This document shows, piece by piece, positions 17,873 to 26,593 of a stretch of 64,000 bases of DNA. The stretch is from Bacillota bacterium. Lineage in GTDB: Bacteria; Bacillota; Clostridia; Christensenellales; SZUA-584. Each line of letters begins with the position of its first letter. The stretch's first letter is position 1. The translations under genes were made by a program, and so were the position numbers. Location: the NCBI GenBank assembly GCA_023415795.1, contig JAEZJG010000021.1, positions 28,876-92,875 on the forward strand. Direction: 5' to 3'. The notes under the pieces were generated by a model. It was given only the letters and a program-made list of their open reading frames with translations, was not told the DNA's origin and did not search any database.

Positions 17873-19390
17873 CTATCTCCAGTAACGCTCGTCCTGCGTA
17901 CGGTATTGCAATGCCTCGGCCAAATGCTTCACGGCGATATTTTCCGCTCCGTCCAAATCCGCAATGGTACGCGCCACCTTACGCACACGCGCCATGCCCC
18001 TTGGTGACAAATTCAGCGTCTGGTATGACCGCTGCATGATGCTGCCGCAGGCGTCGTCCAGCGCACAGTGCAGGTTCAGCTGCTCAGATGACAGCGCCGC
18101 ATTGGCGTAGATGCCGGTGCCCGCGTACCGCTGCTGCTGTATGCGCCGCGCCGCGTTCACGCGCGCCCGCACATCTCGGGAGGCTTCACCCGGCGTTGCG
18201 TTCGTCAGCTCGCCATAGGTCACATTGTTCATGCCGATGTGCATGTCGATACGATCCAGCAATGGCCCGCTGATGCGTGACAGATACTGCGCGATATCGC
18301 GCGGGGAACAGCGGCACGGCTTGTCGCTGCCATAGTGCCCGCACGGGCAGGGGTTCATAGACGCAATCAGCATGACGTTTGCAGGGTAGGTCAGCTTGGC
18401 GTTGGCGCGCGCAATGCTGATCTGCCTGTCCTCCAGCGGTTGGCGCAGCGCCTCCAGCGTCTGCCGCTTAAACTCGGGCAGCTCGTCCAGAAACAGCACG
18501 CCGCCATGTGCAAGGCTGATCTCGCCCGGCAGCACACGCAGACCGCCGCCCGTCAGCGCCGCGGTAGAGGTGGTGTGGTGCGGGCTGCGAAAAGGGCGCG
18601 CAGCCGCCAGTCCGCCGGAAGAAATGCCGCATACAGACTGTATCTTGGTGATTTCCATCGCTTCTTCAAAGGTGAGTTCGGGAAGTATACCGGGCACCGC
18701 CCTTGCCAGCATCGTCTTGCCGGAGCCAGGCGGGCCAATGAATAGCAGATTGTGTCCGCCTGCCGCCGCCACCTCCAGTGCCCTTCGGGCATGCTGCTGA
18801 CCGCGCACATGCGCCATATCATTCGCGCACAGGCCGGATTCATCGGGATGATATTCGTGCGTGGGTAACGGTGTTATCAGCTGCTGTCCGTTCAGATGCG
18901 CCGCCAGCTGCGCCAGCGTCTCCACCGGATACACGGCAATGCCGCCCACATATGCTGCCTCGTCTGCGTTCACCGCCGAAATGAACAGCTTCTCCACGCC
19001 TGTTTCCTTGGCGGATATGGCCATGGGCAGCGCCCCCGCCACGCTCCGCAGATGTCCGTCCAGAGACAGTTCTCCCAAGTACGCGCTTTTCTCATCCGCT
19101 TGTTTCACCTGTCCGCTGGCACAAAGAAGCCCCGCCGCAATGGCGAGGTCATAAATAGGTCCGTCCTTTTTCAAATCGGCCGGGGCCAGATTGATGGTAA
19201 TGCGCTGCTGCGGATAGGAAAAGCCGGAGTTTTTTAGCGCGGCGCGCACGCGTTCCTTGGATTCTCTCACGGCTGCACCCGGCAGCCCCACCGTCTCATA
19301 TGACGGCATGCCAAGAGCAATGTCCGCTTCCACGATCACCGGATAGCCGGACAACCCCATCAGACCGCAGCTGAGTATTTTGGAGAGCAT
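17873..19390 (-). CDS. comM: YifB/ComM-family Mg-chelatase-like AAA+ ATPase
   Basis: 505 aa. Lon-like N-terminal domain, Walker A GPPGSGKTMLA, GVLFLDELPEF, and a C-terminal ChlI-like domain. Confidence 0.85.
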   Translation of the reverse strand: MLSKILSCGLMGLSGYPVIVEADIALGMPSYETVGLPGAAVRESKERVRAALKNSGFSYPQQRITINLAPADLKKDGPIYDLAIAAGLLCASGQVKQADEKSAYLGELSLDGHLRSVAGALPMAISAKETGVEKLFISAVNADEAAYVGGIAVYPVETLAQLAAHLNGQQLITPLPTHEYHPDESGLCANDMAHVRGQQHARRALEVAAAGGHNLLFIGPPGSGKTMLARAVPGILPELTFEEAMEITKIQSVCGISSGGLAAARPFRSPHHTTSTAALTGGGLRVLPGEISLAHGGVLFLDELPEFKRQTLEALRQPLEDRQISIARANAKLTYPANVMLIASMNPCPCGHYGSDKPCRCSPRDIAQYLSRISGPLLDRIDMHIGMNNVTYGELTNATPGEASRDVRARVNAARRIQQQRYAGTGIYANAALSSEQLNLHCALDDACGSIMQRSYQTLNLSPRGMARVRKVARTIADLDGAENIAVKHLAEALQYRTQDERYWR

Positions 19391-19402
19391 TGTAGCCTCG
19401 CT

Positions 19403-19903
19403 TTATTTCTTATGCTGTACGGCAGGCGTGCGCTCGCGAAAGACGAGCAGCTTGTTGCCCGCGAAATTGACGACGAAAGAAAACGCTGTGGCGATCAGTT
19501 TGGCCCAGAAGTTGTGCATGCCGTACATCTCACCCAGTATGTAAACAGCCAGCGTGTTTACCCCTAGCGACACGAGGTTGACAAACACGAATTTTATGAA
19601 GTCTGCCGACAGGAACCATATACGAACGGTTCTAGAGCGTTCGAAAGCCCGTTGAGACCGCGTCACGGTATACTTGGTGAAGAACGCCAGCTTCATCTTG
19701 AACGTCCAGTAGCGGTTAAAGATAAAGCTGTTGATCACGCCGCAGGTATACGAAATCACATTGGATATCACCAACGGCCACCCAAGCGCCACGTTCAGCA
19801 GCGTCAGCACGCCATAATCCACCAGGAAGTTGATCACGCCCACGCACACAAACTTAACAAAGTGCCAAAAGCTTTTGCTGTATTTATTATAGAGATCCTT
19901 CAA
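19403..19903 (-). CDS. GtrA-family membrane protein (polyprenyl-phosphate-sugar handling/flippase-like)
   Basis: 166 aa, four TM helices, FVKFVCVGVINFLVDYGV...NRYWTF, the typical GtrA signature. Confidence 0.75.
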   Translation of the reverse strand: MKDLYNKYSKSFWHFVKFVCVGVINFLVDYGVLTLLNVALGWPLVISNVISYTCGVINSFIFNRYWTFKMKLAFFTKYTVTRSQRAFERSRTVRIWFLSADFIKFVFVNLVSLGVNTLAVYILGEMYGMHNFWAKLIATAFSFVVNFAGNKLLVFRERTPAVQHKK

Positions 19904-19924
19904 AGCTCAACACGCCTCTTTTCA

Positions 19925-21838
19925 TCAATAGAACGGCCATGAGGGCAGCCAACGCAGGAAGTGGTCGGAATACCACCGCGACACCTCTGTGCCTGTCGTT
20001 ACGGGATAGAACATGGCAAACAGCACAAGGCATACGCCAAGGTAGATAAACACCGCCTTCTTTCCATGCTTCGTGCGCTCAATCAGGTACTTCGCCAGCA
20101 CTCCCATCAGCAGTATCAGGAACGGCACCGTCGCAAAGTAGTGGTAGATAAACGTGGTGCGCGGCACCAGTACCCATGGCAGATACTGCGACAACGCCGC
20201 GATGGATATAAACATCGTGCGCTGACCAAGCCGCCCTTTGGTGATGCGTATCACGATCAACGTGATCACCGCGCCCAGACCGCCCCACCAAATCAGCGGA
20301 TTGCCCATTGTGGACATGGACGACATATAGCCCTCGGGGTAACCCTGACCCTGGAACAGGAACACCGGTCTGATATTAAGCGGCCACGACCACCACTGCG
20401 ACTCGAAAGCATGTGCGTCGTGCACGTTGCTGTGGTAGTTGAGCATGTACTCTTGATTCTGTAGTATGCGCTGAAAATCGTACGGATTATCCGCCACCTG
20501 CATATACGGTATGTAAGCGAGGTAGTAAATAACCAGAGGCACAACGATGAAAAACAGCACGCACCATAGCAACGTGGTGAATATCTTGCGGAGAAAGCTG
20601 CGGCACAGCTCCTCCAGAAACGCGCGCCGCTCGGCAGGCATGCCTGTGCACGCTTCCTCATCCGCCAGCGTCAGCCGCGCGTAGCGATATTCGTTGAACC
20701 GCTTGGCAATCTGGATGCCCAGCACCACCGCCAAGCCCGCGCCTGCGTAAATGCACAGCCATTTCGTGGCCGCACCCAGCCCAAACGCCACGCCTGTCAG
20801 CGCCAGCGGAAGCAGAGACTTTTTCAGTGGCTGACGGTTGAAGTTCGTCTCGGTATACAGATACATGAAATAGTACATCAGCATGATGAAGAACACGCTA
20901 TAGCTGTCGATGGTGGCAATACGCGTTTGCGTATAGTGCATAAAATCCAGCGCGAGCAACGCGGTAGGAATAAACGCAAACAGCGGCTGCTTGAAAAGCC
21001 TTTTGGCAAACAGGTATATCAGCGGCAGCATCAGCACGCCAAACAGCGTCCCCATGCAGCGCCAGCCAAACGGATTCATGCCAAATATACGGATGCCAAT
21101 GGACAGCAGCACTTTTCCCAGCGGCGGATGCGTGATCTCGTAAGGCGTTAGATGCTCGATGTTTTCCAGCGCGGTGCGCGCGTGGTACACCTCGTCGAAA
21201 TACATCTCGTTCATGTAATACGTCTGCATCGGCACATACTGCTGCTCGTCGAACATAAACTCGGGGGAGTTGCCGCGCGGTGCGTCCGGATCGGTGCTGG
21301 ACGCCATGTCCACCGTCAGCGGGCTGCCGTCCGCGCCGCAGAAGGCCATCTCCAGCATGCGCAGCGGGCGATCATCGCGTATTGTGGAGGAAATCATCAC
21401 ATAGCGCGCGGTGAACGGCTCCACGTTGACAAACTGCCACTCGTACATGCTCGTCGTCTGGTAATCGATATTCAAGGGCTTCGTCACGGTGGTTGTCACA
21501 CCATCCGCATCCGTTTCCGTCACCTCGTGTAGCACATCGGTATAGCCCTCACCATCGCTGGAATAAGAGAAAGCGAACGTCCCGTTACCCAGTGATGTAT
21601 AATACTTGATGGTTGAAATCTCCTGCGGCTCTGCAAATTCGATGATAACAGGGCTCTCACCCAACGCATAAAAGGTCTTGGGAATATCGAAGGAGCCTAA
21701 GTTGATGAACGCAACCACTGCGTACACCAGTGTTATAGCCGCCATTGCCAGCCAGTCCCATCGCGTCATACGAGTGGGTTCATGCTTGTCAAAAAGCCGT
21801 CGGCGAGCGTGTTTTTGCCAATCGTTGTTAAATATCAT
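19925..21838 (-). CDS. GT-C membrane glycosyltransferase, PMT/GT39-like (polyprenyl-phosphate-sugar dependent)
   Basis: 637 aa. One TM helix, an extracytoplasmic domain of about 180 aa, then more than 9 TM helices. The first loop carries FDEVYHARTA, the DE motif of PMT/ArnT-type GT-C enzymes. Confidence 0.7.
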   Translation of the reverse strand: MIFNNDWQKHARRRLFDKHEPTRMTRWDWLAMAAITLVYAVVAFINLGSFDIPKTFYALGESPVIIEFAEPQEISTIKYYTSLGNGTFAFSYSSDGEGYTDVLHEVTETDADGVTTTVTKPLNIDYQTTSMYEWQFVNVEPFTARYVMISSTIRDDRPLRMLEMAFCGADGSPLTVDMASSTDPDAPRGNSPEFMFDEQQYVPMQTYYMNEMYFDEVYHARTALENIEHLTPYEITHPPLGKVLLSIGIRIFGMNPFGWRCMGTLFGVLMLPLIYLFAKRLFKQPLFAFIPTALLALDFMHYTQTRIATIDSYSVFFIMLMYYFMYLYTETNFNRQPLKKSLLPLALTGVAFGLGAATKWLCIYAGAGLAVVLGIQIAKRFNEYRYARLTLADEEACTGMPAERRAFLEELCRSFLRKIFTTLLWCVLFFIVVPLVIYYLAYIPYMQVADNPYDFQRILQNQEYMLNYHSNVHDAHAFESQWWSWPLNIRPVFLFQGQGYPEGYMSSMSTMGNPLIWWGGLGAVITLIVIRITKGRLGQRTMFISIAALSQYLPWVLVPRTTFIYHYFATVPFLILLMGVLAKYLIERTKHGKKAVFIYLGVCLVLFAMFYPVTTGTEVSRWYSDHFLRWLPSWPFY

Positions 21839-21853
21839 ACTGTTTCCTCTTAT

Positions 21854-23302
21854 TTATCCGTTAAGCGAGGGGCTGTTTATCATAACGGTACCCCGAACCA
21901 GCTTTTTAAACGTCAGCACGGCGTATATCGCATACAGCCCCACGTTGGCCGCCGAAACCACCAGCATAGGCATGCCGCTGACCAGCACCGAATCGGCATA
22001 GAGCGTGAACAGCTGCGCGAACAGCGCCGTTAATGAAAATGCCACGGCAAACGTCAGTGTTGTCATGTCCCGCGTGAACACATATGCCAGCAGCAGGAAC
22101 ACGCAGGCAGGCAGCATATATCTTTCGTGCATTGCATGGGCCAGCATATACACTGAAATGATCAGAAACGCCGCCACATCGAACGTGACCAGCTGCGCGC
22201 GCGAACGCCACTGCAGCACTGCCACCGTTGCACATATCAAACCAATAAATAGAATACCCCAATAGTGGTACGGCATAAACAGAAACACCTGATCCGCCGG
22301 AGTCCAATTGGCTCCCAGCAGACCCCACAGGTTAAACGCATTCACCGTCGCATACTGGTATTCCTCGACCACACCGATATACTTGTGCACAATCCAGTCA
22401 GGCTGCTGGCTGCCGGTAAAGGGTATCACGCCCGCTGCAACCACCGCCGCCAGAATCGCCCCTGAGGTCAGCAGCTTGAGCGTCTCCCTCTCCACCCTGC
22501 CCTTTTTGAACAGCGCGTAAATATACGTCAGCCCCACCACAGGCGCCAGCATGATGGCCTGCGGCTTGAGCAACAGAGCCACAGCAAAGAATACCGCGCC
22601 CAGCATCGTATTTTCCTTGCGCAGATAGTAGAGGCACAGCACGATGAACAGTATGAACACCATGTCGATCTGTCCCCATACGCTGCTGTTGAAGAACAAC
22701 GCCGGATTGAACAGCAGAAACGCGCTGCACATGAGTCCAAAAGTGCGCCCCATCTGCTTAACCGCAACTTTGTATACAAACAACGCCAGCACCACCTCGG
22801 CGATGATGGACGGCAGCTTGATGATGAGCGTAAACAGCACAGATCCCGCGTCGATGCCCAGCATGTCCCTTAACCCGCCAAGAACATACAATACGTACAT
22901 ATAACCCGGCGGGTAGTCGCAGAATATGCCGGACGAATAAAAGCCAGACAGCCCGTGTTCGTAAACGCCGATTGCCCAGCCCTTAAAGCAAGCGATATCC
23001 GTTGTGTAACCCTCAAAGGCCAGCGCTGCGATAACACGAAGCATAACCGCCACCGCAGCCATCAGCACAAACACCGACCATACGCGCCCGGCCCCGTCGT
23101 CCACGCCGCTGCTGCGTACGCCCAGCAGCACCGCCACGATAATGAACAGCACTGCCATGATGACGGTGAGCACCGTCGCCAGCATAGTCGCCCCCACAGT
23201 CGCGTTCGATGGTTTAAATGCCTCATCTGCTGCAAACGCCACAGCGGGCAGCGCGGCCACCAATATCACAACCAATAACAAAATAATGATCTTGCGCATC
23301 AT
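21854..23302 (-). CDS. Second GT-C-type polytopic membrane glycosyltransferase (DUF2029/GT87-like)
   Basis: 482 aa, about 12 TM helices. Signal-anchor N-terminus, and a DYPPGYMY motif in the first loop region. The family assignment is from pattern memory only. Confidence 0.5.
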   Translation of the reverse strand: MMRKIIILLLVVILVAALPAVAFAADEAFKPSNATVGATMLATVLTVIMAVLFIIVAVLLGVRSSGVDDGAGRVWSVFVLMAAVAVMLRVIAALAFEGYTTDIACFKGWAIGVYEHGLSGFYSSGIFCDYPPGYMYVLYVLGGLRDMLGIDAGSVLFTLIIKLPSIIAEVVLALFVYKVAVKQMGRTFGLMCSAFLLFNPALFFNSSVWGQIDMVFILFIVLCLYYLRKENTMLGAVFFAVALLLKPQAIMLAPVVGLTYIYALFKKGRVERETLKLLTSGAILAAVVAAGVIPFTGSQQPDWIVHKYIGVVEEYQYATVNAFNLWGLLGANWTPADQVFLFMPYHYWGILFIGLICATVAVLQWRSRAQLVTFDVAAFLIISVYMLAHAMHERYMLPACVFLLLAYVFTRDMTTLTFAVAFSLTALFAQLFTLYADSVLVSGMPMLVVSAANVGLYAIYAVLTFKKLVRGTVMINSPSLNG

Positions 23303-23661
23303 ACTCCAGCGGGCTCCGTAAACTCAAAAGCATTCTTAATATGGCTTATATTTCCGCCCGTAACCTCTATTATATCAAATCTCAATGTTTCATCAATGAT
23401 TTTATTTTTATAAGCATAATCGAGAGCCGCCCGGCATATGCGCCGCTGCTTGACTGCAGTCACCGCCTCTGCCCCCGTGCCAAAGCCTGCGCCTGAACGC
23501 GTTTTTACCTCACAGAAAACCGTTGCCCCATCCTGCCGGAATATGATGTCCACCTCACCGCCGCGCACATAGTGGTTGCGCGCCAATATCACGCCGCCAG
23601 ATTGCTCGATATAACGAGCGGCAATATCCTCGCCCGCGTTACCACGGCTGCGCGTGTTCAT
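23299..23661 (-). CDS. yraN: YraN-family (UPF0102) endonuclease-like protein
   Basis: 120 aa. GEDIAARYIE...GEVDIIF...VFCEVKTR. Overlaps the rnhB stop. Confidence 0.8.
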   Translation of the reverse strand: MNTRSRGNAGEDIAARYIEQSGGVILARNHYVRGGEVDIIFRQDGATVFCEVKTRSGAGFGTGAEAVTAVKQRRICRAALDYAYKNKIIDETLRFDIIEVTGGNISHIKNAFEFTEPAGV

Positions 23662-24290
23662 ACGCCAAAGCCGGACAGAAACGAACGGCGGTGTATGGCG
23701 CAGGGGCCCTGCTCCCGAATGGATTCAGCATGCGCCTTGGTGCCGTAACCCTTGTGCTGCGCAAAGCCGTATCCGGGGTATACACACGAGTATCCGCACA
23801 TCAGCCTGTCCCGCGTGACCTTGGCAATCACCGAGGCCGCCGCAATGCTGTACACCTTCGCGTCACCGCCCACCAAATCCTCGTAGGAAAACGGTATGTC
23901 CAAGCCGCCGATGCGGTCGCAGAACACATGCTGCGGCTTCACCGACAGTGCGCCCAGCGCACCCGCAAACGCACGCTTTGCCGCGTTCAGTATGTTGATT
24001 TCATCGATGACACGGTTGTCCACAATGCAGACCGCCCAGCAAACCGCTTGCCGTGTGATCTCGTCGTACAACGCGGCCCGCTTCTTCTCCGACAGCTTCT
24101 TAGAATCATCCACGCCGGGTATCAGGCAATCGGGCGGCATCACCACCGCCGCAGCCACACACGGCCCCGCCAGCGGTCCGCGCCCTGCCTCGTCCACCCC
24201 CGCCACCAGCTTCCCCGCATCCCAGAAAGGCCGTTCAAACGCGGTCATCGCCGTCAGGCGTTCCATCTCCTGTGCTTCGCTGCGCTTCAT
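23658..24290 (-). CDS. rnhB: Ribonuclease HII
   Basis: VAGVDEAGRGPLAGPVV-type motif (GVDEAGRGPLAGPCVAAAV) and DSKKLS. The start is uncertain: Met codons lie at 24290, 24266 and 24248. Confidence 0.85.
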   Translation of the reverse strand: MKRSEAQEMERLTAMTAFERPFWDAGKLVAGVDEAGRGPLAGPCVAAAVVMPPDCLIPGVDDSKKLSEKKRAALYDEITRQAVCWAVCIVDNRVIDEINILNAAKRAFAGALGALSVKPQHVFCDRIGGLDIPFSYEDLVGGDAKVYSIAAASVIAKVTRDRLMCGYSCVYPGYGFAQHKGYGTKAHAESIREQGPCAIHRRSFLSGFGV

Positions 24291-25125
24291 CGCCACATCG
24301 CTCGAGCGTAATGCGCCCCAGCTTCCCTCCCCGATATTCGTCCAGCAGCGCCCGTGCGCCGCGCTGATCATCTATTTCGCCCTGCTTGAGCAAGAACCCT
24401 CTCTTGCGGCATATATCTTCCAGAACGCGCCGCTCGTCCAAGTCTTCTTCTACGCCGTACCGCCCCTTGAGCGCTCCGGGAGCCGCTTGCCGCAGCAGCG
24501 CGACCAGCTTACCCGCCAGTGCCACCTCGTCCAGCACCTCACTGCGCAGCGAGCCCAGCGCGGCGATGCGCTCCGCCGCGTCGGGCGGCTCAATCTTGGG
24601 CCACAGCAGACCGGGTGAATCCAGCAGCTCCAGCGTGTCGGACAGCCGCACCCATTGCAAACCGCGCGTTACGCCCGGCTTGTCGCCCTCCTTCGCGCTT
24701 TTCTGACCCACCAGCCGATTGATGATGGCAGACTTGCCCACGTTGGGGATCCCCGCGATCAGCACTCGCACCGTTTTACGAGCGCCCTTTTCGGCATACC
24801 GCTGCACCACAGGCGCAGCTGCCTCGCGTATTGCCGACACCAGTTTTCCCGGCTTGTCCTTCGTCGCGCTGAAAGACATCGCGTGTCCGAACTGCCGTTT
24901 ATAATATTCCGTCCATTTCTTCGTCTGCTCCGGATCGGCAAGGTCGCTCTTATTCAGCAGTATGATGCATGCCTTACCGGACAGCTGTTCCTTCAAATCC
25001 GGACTTAGCGTGCTCAAGGGCGCGCGCGCATCCACCGCGATCACCGCTACGCTGATCAGCTTAAGCTTCTCCGCAATCTGGCGCTTTGCCTTGGCCATAT
25101 GCCCCGGATACCAATGTATCTCCAA
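24235..25125 (-). CDS. rbgA: Ribosome biogenesis GTPase A (RbgA/YlqF)
   Basis: IHWYPGHMAKAKRQI, circularly permuted GTPase motifs (LNKSDL ... GIPNVGKSAIIN). TTG start at 25125, 8 nt after GGGAGGG. The ORF-track extension to 25449 runs through the rplS terminator. Confidence 0.85.
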   Translation of the reverse strand: MEIHWYPGHMAKAKRQIAEKLKLISVAVIAVDARAPLSTLSPDLKEQLSGKACIILLNKSDLADPEQTKKWTEYYKRQFGHAMSFSATKDKPGKLVSAIREAAAPVVQRYAEKGARKTVRVLIAGIPNVGKSAIINRLVGQKSAKEGDKPGVTRGLQWVRLSDTLELLDSPGLLWPKIEPPDAAERIAALGSLRSEVLDEVALAGKLVALLRQAAPGALKGRYGVEEDLDERRVLEDICRKRGFLLKQGEIDDQRGARALLDEYRGGKLGRITLERCGDEAQRSTGDGTPDGDDRV

Positions 25126-25205
25126 TACTCCAACCCTCCCTGCGCTCAACCACCTGAGCGCCTCATCCTCTCCTATGATATACAATTTCTCAGCTGTTTT
25201 CCAGC

Positions 25206-25238
25206 AAAATAAAAAGAAGCCGTGTTTCCGGCTTCTTT
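25206..25238 (-). terminator. Intrinsic terminator after rplS
   Basis: Minus strand reads GAAAGAAGCCGgaaacaCGGCTTCTTTTTATTTT. Confidence 0.65.
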
Positions 25239-25246
25239 CGTGGTTA

Positions 25247-25591
25247 TTACCGTTTTTCTTTGAGCTTCGCAGCTTTGCCCTGACGATCGCGCAGGTAGTA
25301 AAGCTTTGCGCGGCGCACTTTGTTGGTACGCAGCTTCTCGATGCTCGAAATTTTGGGCGAGTGGATGGGGAACGTCCGCTCGACACCGATGCCGAACGAA
25401 ACGCGGCGTACGGTGATGGTCTCGGAAAGACCGGTGCCCCGACGCGCAATCACATATCCCTCAAAACCCTGCAGACGCTCTCTCGTACCCTCGATAACCT
25501 TCACGAAAACCTTGACGGTGTCGCCGATTTTGATCACGGGCAGATCGGTGCGCATCTGTTCCTTTTCGATGGCTCTGATGATCTGATTCAT
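25247..25591 (-). CDS. rplS: 50S ribosomal protein L19
   Basis: 114 aa. [45 protein letters not shown]. Confidence 0.95.
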   Translation of the reverse strand: MNQIIRAIEKEQMRTDLPVIKIGDTVKVFVKVIEGTRERLQGFEGYVIARRGTGLSETITVRRVSFGIGVERTFPIHSPKISSIEKLRTNKVRRAKLYYLRDRQGKAAKLKEKR

Positions 25592-25708
25592 TTGCTGATT
25601 CCTCCTCCCATTTCAGGCGTTCATAACCGTATTGATATTGCCGGTGCTAAAGCAAAAACTGCTTGACCGAGCTTCACGGAAAGCGGACCACCCTAAATCA
25701 ACTTTAGA

Positions 25709-25737
25709 AGTATAACACAGGGGCGAATACGTGACAA
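25709..25737 (-). promoter_or_regulatory. Candidate rplS promoter (TTGTCA-N17-TATACT on minus strand)
   Basis: Reverse complement of 25732-25737 is TTGTCA and of 25709-25714 is TATACT, with a 17-nt spacer. It leaves a 5' leader of about 110 nt. Confidence 0.5.
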
Positions 25738-25869
25738 GACTCAAAAAATTGTTTTTGGCCGATCTGTGGCGTTTTTTTGCCGAATTTAAACCAAATCAAG
25801 GACATTGCGACACAAAGGCCATGTTTTCTTGCCATTCATTATAACACATTCGCCGTCCCTGCGCCTATA

Positions 25870-25898
25870 TTGACTTCGAATTTGGTTTATGCTTTAAT
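25870..25898 (+). promoter_or_regulatory. Candidate promoter of the ECF-S/kinase operon (TTGACT-N17-TTTAAT)
   Basis: TTGACT at 25870-25875 and TTTAAT at 25893-25898. Confidence 0.55.
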
Positions 25899-25972
25899 AG
25901 GCTTGTCGCGAAACAGCCCGTACGAAGCGGAAAAAAGCGTATTCGCGGCGATAACAGCAAACTTCCGCGCGA

Positions 25973-26029
25973 TACCATGAAGGTATGTGCTTTGTGTCAG
26001 GCAAAGCAACGCATTCAGCGGTATTTTTT
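25973..26029 (+). terminator. Leader terminator/attenuator hairpin upstream of the ECF S-component gene
   Basis: A long imperfect hairpin: TACCATGAA...TGCTTTG-tgtcagg-CAAAGCA...TTCAGCGGTA. It is followed by TTTTTT (26024-29), then GGAGG and the ATG at 26048. Confidence 0.45.
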
Positions 26030-26047
26030 ATTTGGAGGAATTCATAG

Positions 26048-26593
26048 ATGCACTTTTCGAAGACGAAGAAGATGGTGCTGTCCGCCATGTTTCTCGCGCT
26101 GGGCATACTGCTGCCTATGCTGGTGGGACACCTGATCCCGATGGGCTGGATTCTGCTGCCGATGCATGTTCCGGTGCTGCTGTGCGGATTCATCTGCGGC
26201 GGACCATGGGGTCTGCTGGTGGGTGCGGTCGCGCCGCTGCTCTCCAGCGCAATCACCGGCATGCCGGGGCTTTACCCCACCGCTGCCGCCATGGCTTTTG
26301 AGCTGGCCGCCTACGGTCTGCTGGCGGGTCTGTTCTACAAGCTCTTCCCCAAGAAAATCGGCTTTATCTTCGTATCGCTGATACTCGCAATGGTCGGCGG
26401 GCGCATCGTTTGGAGCCTTGTGAGCCTCGTGCTGTATGGCATAGCGGGCACGGCCTTCACCTGGGGCGACATTCTAGGCGGTGCAATCGTCATGGTATTC
26501 CCCGGCATTATCATTCAGCTGGTACTGATCCCTGCCATCATGATCGCGCTGCAGCTCACACAGAAAAAAAAGGCGGAGTTCATCGCTGCATGA
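26048..26593 (+). CDS. ECF transporter S (substrate-capture) component, substrate unknown
   Basis: 181 aa, six TM helices. LPMHVPVLLCGFICGGPWGLLVG..APLLSS...PTAAAMAFELAAYG is a pattern common in ECF S components. No adjacent A/T components. Confidence 0.75.
   Translation: MHFSKTKKMVLSAMFLALGILLPMLVGHLIPMGWILLPMHVPVLLCGFICGGPWGLLVGAVAPLLSSAITGMPGLYPTAAAMAFELAAYGLLAGLFYKLFPKKIGFIFVSLILAMVGGRIVWSLVSLVLYGIAGTAFTWGDILGGAIVMVFPGIIIQLVLIPAIMIALQLTQKKKAEFIAA

Noticed and set aside
25126-25449. An upstream extension of the rbgA ORF (ORF-track 24235..25449, 404 aa).
   Set aside because: The extension crosses the rplS terminator and overlaps the 3' end of rplS in another frame. The conserved RbgA N-terminus starts at the TTG at 25125, which has a strong SD.
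25899-26047. A THF-riboswitch assignment for the ECF S-component leader, prompted by the shared short strings TCGCG, ACGAAGCG and GCGCG.
   Set aside because: The matches are only short GC-rich words. The conserved CATCCGC/GGATG-type pseudoknot elements that I remember from THF riboswitches are absent. I left it as an unclassified leader.
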